A DNA stretch of 49,766 nt, from assembly GCA_031409655.1 (NCBI GenBank), contig JANNXQ010000299.1, positions 1 to 49,766 of the forward strand. Direction: 5' to 3'. Source of the stretch: Chthoniobacteraceae bacterium (GTDB lineage: Bacteria; Verrucomicrobiota; Verrucomicrobiia; Chthoniobacterales; Chthoniobacteraceae). The notes beneath the pieces are model-generated. The model did not search any database. It was not told the DNA's origin and saw nothing but the letters and a program-made list of their open reading frames with translations. Both the position numbers and the translations under genes were made by a program. Positions within the stretch are counted from its first letter, which is position 1. Each line of letters begins with the position of its first letter. This document shows positions 42,701-49,766 of the stretch, piece after piece.

Positions 42701-45700
42701 ACGAAGTCCACGAGATTCCCCAAAGCATCGCGCACGAGCACCGCCACGAGACTGGTGGCAGCCGACGTCCAATTGACCTCGGAGCCATAGAAGAAGAGCG
42801 GGAAAGTCCCCGGTGCGGTCCCGGCATCCTGCAGGCGGAAGACTTGCCCCGCATTGCAGGTCGAGCCTGCCGGAATTGTGAAAGACGCGAGTGGCGAGGG
42901 CCAACTGACATCGTCGTAGATCTGCACTGTCCAGCCGGAGATATTTACCGCTGCCGCACCGACATTCGTAAACTCAATTTCATCGGGAGTGTTGGGATTC
43001 ACCTCGGTGATCACGATGTTACCGGCATTAGAGTCGCTATTGATGCCGCTGAGGTTGGCGGCGCCAGTAAAGCCCGTCACGGTATTGTTGCCTGCGTCCT
43101 GAGCGGTGATGGTGGTGGCAAACGGAATGGAACTGGATTGCGGACTGCCGATCGGATTCCAGGCAAAGTGATGCAGCGGACCGACGCTGATCCCGAAGGC
43201 ATTGCTCGTGCCGGTATGTCCCGCGCCGTCGTTCACTGTGAGCACGGTCGTCACGGCGAAAGTATTGGCCGTCACGCTTCCGGTCCAGACGCCATTGATG
43301 AAAGGGCCCGCCGTAACCGGAGTGATCGAGACTCCTCCGGAGGCCGAAAGTGTCGGACTTCCGCTGTAAGTCGTGATCGGGGCGTTATTCAATCCTCGGG
43401 CGGTGACGCTGACGCTGAAGGGCACGCCCCGGATTTGCGAGCCGACCGTGGCGAAGGAGAAATGGTGTACATCATTGTCGAAGACCTCGACGGTGCCAGA
43501 GGTGCTGCTAAATCCGGTGGCGCTCGCTGAGATGGTCACGGGTAGCGTGCCTTCGACGAGGGAGTTATTCGGTGCTGTAAAATTGAAGGTCGCGGAAAAC
43601 GCCCCGGCAGGGATGGTGACGGTCGGCGGGACGGCCAGATGGGTCGGGTCCGACGAATTGAGCGAAATGGTGAGCGCCGCAGGCAGGGTGCCAGAAGTCT
43701 GAACCTCGCCGGAGCCCGAACTGCCTTCGACAACTTGGATCCCGAGATTGAGGAAAAGACTGTTATCTTCGTTGTCTTCGACGGCGACGCTGCCCGAGCC
43801 GTCCGTCCAGTTCGCGACGTGTCCCATAATGATCGCGGAGTGCGTGCCATTGATCTTCCCGTCGTCAATGATCGTGATCGTAAAGGAAGCTGAGGTTTGC
43901 CCCTGTGGGATGACGACCGACGCCGGAACCTGGAGGGTCGTGACGTCATTGGAAGTAAGGAGCACGGTCACCGCGCTGGCGGGAATCGCGCTGACTGTCA
44001 CCGTGCCTTGGATCGTGCCGATGTCTTCGCTCGTGATTGCTGGAACGTTCAGGGTCAGGGTGGCCGTCTCATTGTCCTGAACGCCGATCGTGCCCGGCAC
44101 ATTTGCATAGGCCGGTGCGGTTGCGGTGATTTCGACGTTCTGAGTGCCATCGAGGACGGCGTCATCGAGGATAGTGATCGGGAAAGTCGTCGAGGTTGCT
44201 CCGGCGAGGATTGTCACGGTCGCGGGGACGGTGGCCTCGGTGACGTCGCTGGACGCGAGGTTGACCACCAGATTACTCACCGGGGCCGCGGGCACGCTCA
44301 CCGTGCCAGTCACCGGAGCATCCCCCTCGGTCGCGGCTGCTGGCGCCGCTACGGTGAGCAACAGGGAGAGATAGGTGCTGAAATCGCTCTCCTCGAAATC
44401 CGCAGGCACGCCAAGCCCTCGCGAAAGTCCGATCAAGCCATCTTGCGCGTCGATGCCGAGGCAGGTGATGCGGATGCGCCCGTCGAAAAACATCTCAATC
44501 TGAAAGCTGTTTGTATTGGTGGTGGCGTATTCGGGCACATTTTGAAAAGTAATCGCGATGCGATCCGGGAGCTGGAGCGAAGTGATGCTGCCGAGCACTC
44601 TCGGATCGATGTCATCGAAGAGTGCGGCAATGCGCGGGAGCGAGAAATGGGTTGAGAAAGCTTCAGAGAGATTGGTATCGCCGTTGCCAAAGGTGATGTA
44701 ACCGTTGCTCCCGACAAAGAAGGTTGAATAGTTTACCCCATAAAGACGGACTTGGGCTCCGCCAGTCGGCGTGACCTGTTCAAAATCATCGTCACCGAGG
44801 GTGAGCACCGTCCCACCGGTTGGGCTTGTCGGAAAGGCCGTTACGGGCGTCCGGAGCACGGAATAGAAGTTATTGGAGCCGTTTGGCGTAAAGAGCCAAC
44901 TCTGGTTGTCGGTATCGTTCGGGGCGGAGTCGAAGAGTTCCGTAAAATACTCGGGCATGCCGGCCAGCACGGTGACGGAGCGCAAGAGGAGCGCGCCGCT
45001 CGCCGGATTTGTAAAGGTAACAGGGTTGGTGTTGCTCCCCATGCCCAGAGTGTTGGCGGCATTGTTGATCGTGGCTATGACGCTGGCGCTGGCACCCGGT
45101 GCCAGGGTGCCGCCGAGGGAAGAGAGAGTCACCCAAGGCTGGCTGGCGGTGGCCGTCCAGTTCACGGGGGTGGTGGCGTTGGTATTGGTCAATGTGTAAG
45201 TCTGTCCCGCTGGCAGGAAAGGACCGCCAAGCGGACCTTTGCTGAGAAACGGAGTTAACGGGGTCACGGTCAGGTCGTCTGGCAGATCGAATGCTTCCAC
45301 GATGCCCGAGGTGGTGCTGCTGGCGGGCGACGTCGCGCTCGCGCCCATGCCGCGCTTGGCAAAGGCCGCCCAAAGTTCATTCTTATTTGCGCCGCCAGTC
45401 AGCACGAGGTCGGCCTGGATGATGGCATTCCGCGCCTGGAGGAAATTTGGATTTGCGGGTGCCAGCTTCATGCCGTCCGTCACGAGTTGCAGGATGAGTG
45501 GATTGCCAACCGCGTAGCCGTGCCTGGCGATGAGGTTTGCGCGCGCGTCCCAGAGGGTCACGCACCAGACTTCGCCCTGGTTGTGGACTTCGTTCGCCGT
45601 GGTCGGGATCACAGGGCTCCTCGGGATGTCGGCGTGGGCGTTAGCTTGCGCGGGATCGATGTCGCGAAAGGTGAGGGGATTGCGGGTGAGGTCGGTGCTG

Positions 45701-47421
45701 TAAGGGTAGCGGCGGATCCCGGAATAGTAGTTTGTGGTGAGTCCGGCGAATTGGAAGGTCGCGTAGCCTCCCGCCGCGTAGTTGGCGTGGACGTCGTCCC
45801 CAGGCTCGCTGAGCAGGGCGAGGCCGTAGAAATCGCTCCACCCTTCGCCCATCCCCGCCGTCTGAAATTGGAAGATGCCGATGCCTCCTCCGACGAGGCG
45901 GTTGCTCAAGCCATGGGTGTACTCGTGGAGCACGATTTCGATGTCGAAGTCGCCGTCGCGATCCGGATTTGGTCCGGAAAAGACAAACATCTGCATGCGG
46001 CCCGGCGAGCCATCGGGAGGCGTGGAAAAGTCGGCGTTATCCGTGCCCGAGCCGTCCTGGGTATCGGCTTGCACGGCGTCGTTTCCGGCTCCACCGCGGC
46101 CGAAGTTATTGTTTTGAAAATTGCCCGAGGCTTCGGTGAAGCCGAGTTCGTAGAGTTTGTCGTGCATCCAATTGCAGACGTAGAAAAGCTGAGTCACAGC
46201 GGCGTCCCGGTAGGTGCTGGGAGGTTGGGCGAGGTCGAGCGGGAAATCGAAAACGCGATTGGGCGACCCTTGCGGACGCGGCAGATCGGCGACGTCGTTA
46301 GCATCGATATCAAGATGGGCATCGACGTTGTTGCCGCGGGTTTCATTGACGCCGTCGTCGATCCAGCCATTCGGGGAGGCAGTCGTATTCAAGGCCGGCG
46401 TCGTGACGAGGGTGCGCGCCACCACGGGCGGCTGGGTCGTCAGTGGGGTCGGATGGCTCGGGGAGAAAGGCGAAGGACTGTCGCTCGTGAAGACGCGGTA
46501 GCTGGCGTTGGAGATGTGATTCGTGAGCCCGTGCCGGATCAGCGGTTCGCCGGTCTCGGCATCGACGATCACTTTGAACATTTCCCCGCGCGACTTGGCC
46601 ACGAGCACGACCTGCCAGCAGAGGCGCAGCGTCGCTTCATCCAGGGGCAGCCAGACGTATTCCGTGCTGACATCGAGGATCTTCGGCGCGCGGAAATGCT
46701 GCTTTTTCTCCGCTCCCACGGCGGCGTCGCTGGCCACGACGTTGGTGGCCAGGATGTCTTCGCCAACAGTCTGCGCGGCGATCACCACTGCGTCCGCCGC
46801 CTTCACCACTGGAGCGGCGAGGCGCGCGGGGCGATTCGGCGTGCCCTTGGCCGCGGCAGCGAGCGGATCAGGGAGGAAGCCGCTGGAGACATTGACCAAC
46901 TCGCCGTCCACCGTGGCGTGCGCTTTGAAGATCGCTTCATAGATCGGGATGCCGTCGAGTTGCTGTTGCCAGACGGATGTCTGGAGGCGCTGGTGGGTCT
47001 CATCGCGCTGGAGTCGCGCCGCCGCCAGAGCTGCCGCGCCGTGGCCGAAGATCCCGCGATGTTCCTCGAGAAAAGCTTTTACGCCGCGGTGCGGGTCGCT
47101 CTTCGGAAAGCCCTTGGTGCGGACCGCGGGGACCGCTCCACCTTCGCCAGCCTTGCCGGTCAGGAAGCCGCGGTCCGAGCTGAGGAACTTCGGTGCGCCT
47201 GGACCTTTCGGCTGCTCGATCTTCACCGCTGGCACCCGGGTGCGGAGCGCCGTCTCCGCCAAGCCGCGCGCGCTCGCCTCAGCGGCAGGCAGAGCCGAGG
47301 CGGTATTGCGGGCATCGAAGTTCGGGAGCGGAGCGCGGGTCGGCGGTTGGACGGCGAAACCGGTCAAAGGAAACAACAGCACCGCGAGAATAGTGCGCCA
47401 GGCAGGGAAATTCATTTTCAT
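39799..47421 (-). CDS. Giant secreted M36 (fungalysin) metallopeptidase with many accessory domains (2540 aa)
   Basis: Signal peptide and FTP/PepSY-like propeptide, TRGNNVDA, GFTEASGNFQ, HEYTHGLSNRL, GMGEGWSD, EVHNQGEVW. These are followed by BACON-, NIDO-, Calx-beta-, LTD- and FnIII-like segments and DxDxDG repeats. Confidence 0.92.
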   Translation of the reverse strand: MKMNFPAWRTILAVLLFPLTGFAVQPPTRAPLPNFDARNTASALPAAEASARGLAETALRTRVPAVKIEQPKGPGAPKFLSSDRGFLTGKAGEGGAVPAVRTKGFPKSDPHRGVKAFLEEHRGIFGHGAAALAAARLQRDETHQRLQTSVWQQQLDGIPIYEAIFKAHATVDGELVNVSSGFLPDPLAAAAKGTPNRPARLAAPVVKAADAVVIAAQTVGEDILATNVVASDAAVGAEKKQHFRAPKILDVSTEYVWLPLDEATLRLCWQVVLVAKSRGEMFKVIVDAETGEPLIRHGLTNHISNASYRVFTSDSPSPFSPSHPTPLTTQPPVVARTLVTTPALNTTASPNGWIDDGVNETRGNNVDAHLDIDANDVADLPRPQGSPNRVFDFPLDLAQPPSTYRDAAVTQLFYVCNWMHDKLYELGFTEASGNFQNNNFGRGGAGNDAVQADTQDGSGTDNADFSTPPDGSPGRMQMFVFSGPNPDRDGDFDIEIVLHEYTHGLSNRLVGGGIGIFQFQTAGMGEGWSDFYGLALLSEPGDDVHANYAAGGYATFQFAGLTTNYYSGIRRYPYSTDLTRNPLTFRDIDPAQANAHADIPRSPVIPTTANEVHNQGEVWCVTLWDARANLIARHGYAVGNPLILQLVTDGMKLAPANPNFLQARNAIIQADLVLTGGANKNELWAAFAKRGMGASATSPASSTTSGIVEAFDLPDDLTVTPLTPFLSKGPLGGPFLPAGQTYTLTNTNATTPVNWTATASQPWVTLSSLGGTLAPGASASVIATINNAANTLGMGSNTNPVTFTNPASGALLLRSVTVLAGMPEYFTELFDSAPNDTDNQSWLFTPNGSNNFYSVLRTPVTAFPTSPTGGTVLTLGDDDFEQVTPTGGAQVRLYGVNYSTFFVGSNGYITFGNGDTNLSEAFSTHFSLPRIAALFDDIDPRVLGSITSLQLPDRIAITFQNVPEYATTNTNSFQIEMFFDGRIRITCLGIDAQDGLIGLSRGLGVPADFEESDFSTYLSLLLTVAAPAAATEGDAPVTGTVSVPAAPVSNLVVNLASSDVTEATVPATVTILAGATSTTFPITILDDAVLDGTQNVEITATAPAYANVPGTIGVQDNETATLTLNVPAITSEDIGTIQGTVTVSAIPASAVTVLLTSNDVTTLQVPASVVIPQGQTSASFTITIIDDGKINGTHSAIIMGHVANWTDGSGSVAVEDNEDNSLFLNLGIQVVEGSSGSGEVQTSGTLPAALTISLNSSDPTHLAVPPTVTIPAGAFSATFNFTAPNNSLVEGTLPVTISASATGFSSTSGTVEVFDNDVHHFSFATVGSQIRGVPFSVSVTARGLNNAPITTYSGSPTLSASGGVSITPVTAGPFINGVWTGSVTANTFAVTTVLTVNDGAGHTGTSNAFGISVGPLHHFAWNPIGSPQSSSIPFATTITAQDAGNNTVTGFTGAANLSGINSDSNAGNIVITEVNPNTPDEIEFTNVGAAAVNISGWTVQIYDDVSWPSPLASFTIPAGSTCNAGQVFRLQDAGTAPGTFPLFFYGSEVNWTSAATSLVAVLVRDALGNLVDFVCAGAATPASITLPGVIPATQWTGGSVTAPTTPTFSYVRTGNSDTNSATNWTTAVPALGTLNAGLTLPFAGVAVPIAISPRVTLAFQNGTWAGPVTVLQGTAQMRLRADDGAGRSGDSVTFAVLSSPTLNLTPAAGFSASGNSGGLFTPLSTTFTVSNSGASPMNWTVTKTAPWLNLSTTGGMVAAGSSATVTVTINANANSLPVGTASDILTFTNTSNGVGTTTRAVALSVLAHPVLSVTPVGAFDFTGGIGGPFGPANATYTITNPGTGPLSWTAAKSAPWLTLSATSGIVEPGASTTVEASINDNANSLPLGTLFDTITFTNTDDGAGNTTRLIRLAVVLPAPLLAAEPAFTGGLSNTVTWSAIANATGYEVQRSTAPDFSGATNSGPVPGPGLSFGGLTDGTLYRYRVRAVQTPANPNGAWTQTTQADFDADTTSGVTATVDGTAILSATGGAPISGRITNPSFEGASLSGWTVTTSTAQMAVRSTNTAGFAPMPSQGTHYAGFNTFHNTVRTAGDFARLTQSVNLTGAGVLIFDALLDAPPGLTWGGNVRAEVRIDGVTVWSATAERAFLDRTVDVSGYTGVHTLELREEVIVTGSFNAQWVYFDNLRLATTGYAPSGTVTTPTFAPTPWQRWNTLTYTADTTALGSALKVDVLSANGTLLASQVTSGTDLNSLAAVAEQPAIKLRATLSTTNPASTPRLLDWTINYRALADVLGIWSNVESSTQDAQGPSVTIKSVVTTPNGFSGTATDPAGVAAVFVDGNLVSTNDGFAHWNFSTPLAPGFNAFTITAADGADPANTSSGGTFIYYALPGTDIDHDGLPDDWEANHGLNIFSDTGDHGALGDLDRDGIANLLELASGLDPSTPQFDGLPLVSVEPKPADGLPYLILRYRRLLVPGALVYSVEFSTNLQTWIPALAADFEQAASPTPTGDGLTETIALRIKPSLLAPGNSFRHVRVRVSAP

Positions 47422-47696
47422 CAGGAAACTCCAGCGGAGGGTGGTGCCGGCGAGTGTGGATGTCGACGTCGCGATAGCAAGGTCTGTGGCGCTGCTGGGT
47501 GGTAGGCTTTCGCGGTGGCCGGCGGTCAGCATTCGTCTTACCGGCAGGAGCTTGCCGCAGAGCCTCCGATGAGGTACGATCCCTCCGCATGGCTCTCCTG
47601 TGTGACTCCTCGCTCGTGACCGGGCGCCGCCAAAACTTTTCCTCGCGAAATATGTCCAGTTGCCAAGCTGCGCGTCCTTTGTACCCTCCTGGATCC

Positions 47697-48779
47697 ATGC
47701 TCCGTTCCATCCTCCTGCTGCTTGCCTGCTTCGTGGTCGCGCGAGTCCATGCCGCCGGCGATTGGACGCTGCACAAGGTGGACGGTCGCGACTATGTGAC
47801 GATGGAGAATGTCGCGGACTTCTACGGCCTCACCGATGTCCGGCGCGTGAACAATGACGTGACGATGAAGCTCGGCACGCGCAGCCTGCGTGGCACGGCA
47901 GGGTCGGTGGAATTTTTCATCAACGGCCTGAAATTCAACCTCAGCTATCCGGTGATGGAAGTGGACGGGAAGCTCTGCCTCTCGCGGATGGACCTCGCCA
48001 AAGTCGTCGAGCCGGTGCTGCGCCCGAGCAAGATCAAGGGAGCGGAAGTCGTGCAAACCATCATCCTCGATGCTGGTCACGGCGGACACGACAATGGAGC
48101 GTATTCCCCCTACGGGCATGAAAAGCAGTTCACCCTCGATGTGATCCAGCGCACCCGGCTCCTGCTTTTGCAGAGCGGATACAAGGTGGTGCTGACGCGC
48201 AACTCGGACAGTTTCATCTCGCTCTATGAACGCGTGGCCATCGCGAATAAATACCCGAACGCCGTCTTTGTGAGCGTGCATTTCAACTCTGGCGGCGCGG
48301 GCACCGGACTCGAGACTTACACGCTCGCCCCGCGCGGCGTGCCTTCGATGATGGCGGACGGGCCGCGCGTCTCGGATCTGGTCGAGTGCGCTGGAAATGC
48401 CTGCGATGCGCAGAACATGGCGCTCGCCACGGCAATGCACGCGTCGCTGGTGGCGCGTTCGCGAATGTATGATCGCGGCATCAAACGCGCGCGCTTCGTG
48501 GTCATCCGCGACATCAAGATTCCCGGGGTGCTGATCGAGGGCGGATTCCTGAGTAATACGATCGATGCGAAGTGGGTCGCGACACCCGCTTACCGGCAGC
48601 AGATGGCGAGCTGCATCGTGCAGGCGCTCTCAAACTATCGCCGGGCCGTCGGCACGAATAACAGCGTGGTGGCGGCGCGGAGCCAGAAGGGACCCCGGGT
48701 GGAAATCTCCGGGGTGCCGGCGCCCGTGGCGCCAGAGCCCGCGCCGGAGCCGGTGACCACGACGCCCGCTTCAAACTAA
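47697..48779 (+). CDS. N-acetylmuramoyl-L-alanine amidase (Amidase_3)
   Basis: Signal peptide, IILDAGHGGHD, EK, VLTRNSD, FVSVHFN, GVLIEGGFLSN. Confidence 0.93.
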   Translation: MLRSILLLLACFVVARVHAAGDWTLHKVDGRDYVTMENVADFYGLTDVRRVNNDVTMKLGTRSLRGTAGSVEFFINGLKFNLSYPVMEVDGKLCLSRMDLAKVVEPVLRPSKIKGAEVVQTIILDAGHGGHDNGAYSPYGHEKQFTLDVIQRTRLLLLQSGYKVVLTRNSDSFISLYERVAIANKYPNAVFVSVHFNSGGAGTGLETYTLAPRGVPSMMADGPRVSDLVECAGNACDAQNMALATAMHASLVARSRMYDRGIKRARFVVIRDIKIPGVLIEGGFLSNTIDAKWVATPAYRQQMASCIVQALSNYRRAVGTNNSVVAARSQKGPRVEISGVPAPVAPEPAPEPVTTTPASN

Positions 48780-48782
48780 CGG

Positions 48783-49667
48783 ATGCCCGAGGCTGCTTCG
48801 TTGGCCGCGGGCGCGGGCGCGCCGGTGGGTGTGTATGACAGCGGTTTCGGCGGACTCACCGTCTTGCGTGAACTGCGCCGCACGCAACCGGAACTCGATT
48901 ACATTTATCTCGGCGATTCCGGACGCGCGCCCTACGGGGGGCGCGATGTCGATACGGTGCTCGACTTCGCGGAGCAGTGCGTGGAGAGGCTCTTCGGGGA
49001 AGGTTGCCGCGTCATCATCGTCGCCTGTCACACCGTCTCCTGCATGGCGCTCCGGCATCTTCAGCAGCGCTACGGATCGGCCGGGCGGCGCGTGCTCGGC
49101 GTCACCATTCCGGCTGCGGAAGCCGCCGTCGCGCAGACGCACGGGCACATCGGCTTCCTCGGCACCGCGCGCACCGTGGCCTCGCACACCTTTCGCACCG
49201 AAGTCCACAAACTCGCTCCGCAGGTGCAAGTGAGTGAGGTCGCGGCCCCGCTGCTCGCGCCGATCGTCGAGGAAGGTTGGGAGGATACCGATGTCGCGCG
49301 GCTGGCGGTGCAGCGTTACCTCGCCGCCTTCGCCGGCATCGATACGCTGGTCCTCGGCTGCACGCACTTCCCGCTGCTCGCCCGCGCCTTCCGCGAACTC
49401 GCTCCGGATGGCGTTTCCGTCCTCAATCCTGCTCCCCAGGTCGCGGCGTGCTTTCTGGCGTGGCGGAAACGTCACCCCGAGTTTGCTCCCGCGATGTCCG
49501 GGAAATTGCGCATCCTCTCGAGCGGCGACACCGCGCGTTTTGCGGCGAGCGCGGTGCGCTTCCTCGGCGAAGTGCCGCCCGCCATCGAGCATCTCGCCGA
49601 ACATCATGGGCGGCTCGCGCCCAGTCCCGAAGGCACCGACCCCATCGGACAAATCGTGCGGGCCTGA
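48783..49667 (+). CDS. murI: Glutamate racemase
   Basis: GVYDSGFGGLTV, YLGDSGRAPYG, VACHT, VLGCTHFP. Confidence 0.95.
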   Translation: MPEAASLAAGAGAPVGVYDSGFGGLTVLRELRRTQPELDYIYLGDSGRAPYGGRDVDTVLDFAEQCVERLFGEGCRVIIVACHTVSCMALRHLQQRYGSAGRRVLGVTIPAAEAAVAQTHGHIGFLGTARTVASHTFRTEVHKLAPQVQVSEVAAPLLAPIVEEGWEDTDVARLAVQRYLAAFAGIDTLVLGCTHFPLLARAFRELAPDGVSVLNPAPQVAACFLAWRKRHPEFAPAMSGKLRILSSGDTARFAASAVRFLGEVPPAIEHLAEHHGRLAPSPEGTDPIGQIVRA

Positions 49668-49766
49668 GCATCCCGGGAGCGCCGCCGTTCCGTGCGGCAT
49701 CGTTGCCAAATGCGCAGCGCTCATCTTTCCACTCGCGTGAGAAGTGTGCGCTCCGCGCGGAGCGCA

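Noticed and set aside
47697..49667. Amidase plus murI as a surprising peptidoglycan locus in a PVC organism
   Set aside because: Verrucomicrobia have peptidoglycan, and amidase-murI adjacency is ordinary.

Overview
GC-rich bacterial window, most likely Verrucomicrobiota (Chthoniobacter-like). This is inferred from the TIGR02597-like and PEP-CTERM proteins, the PVC-type DUF1592/DUF1552 genes and the RpoB/ValS style. In order it carries: (1) an IS1202/ISNCY-type insertion sequence (87-1413) whose transposase is mostly missed by the ORF track; (2) an AT-richer surface-protein cassette (TIGR02597-like plus PEP-CTERM) followed by gspF, an unknown gene and gspG; (3) a thioredoxin-like/CxxCH/PDZ lipoprotein; (4) an ~11 kb coupled operon with two DUF1592/DUF1552 pairs, an ankyrin protein, pdxA and an atypical glycoside-hydrolase-like protein, converging on a CxxCH prenyltransferase-fold protein and a Zn dehydrogenase; (5) a stand-alone rpoBC with a structured leader; (6) an IS1380 scrap and a ceramidase-like gene; (7) a decayed region where an IS200-like Y1 transposase with structured repeats sits between remnants of a Roc-COR/DUF4365 gene; (8) acnA, valS, a 2540-aa M36 metallopeptidase, a cell-wall amidase and murI. 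No rRNA, tRNA or CRISPR array was seen. The best candidates for undescribed biology are the double DUF1592/DUF1552 haem-protein operon with its neighbours and the TIGR02597/PEP-CTERM/partial-T2SS locus. All family assignments come from motif recognition by eye, not from database searches.
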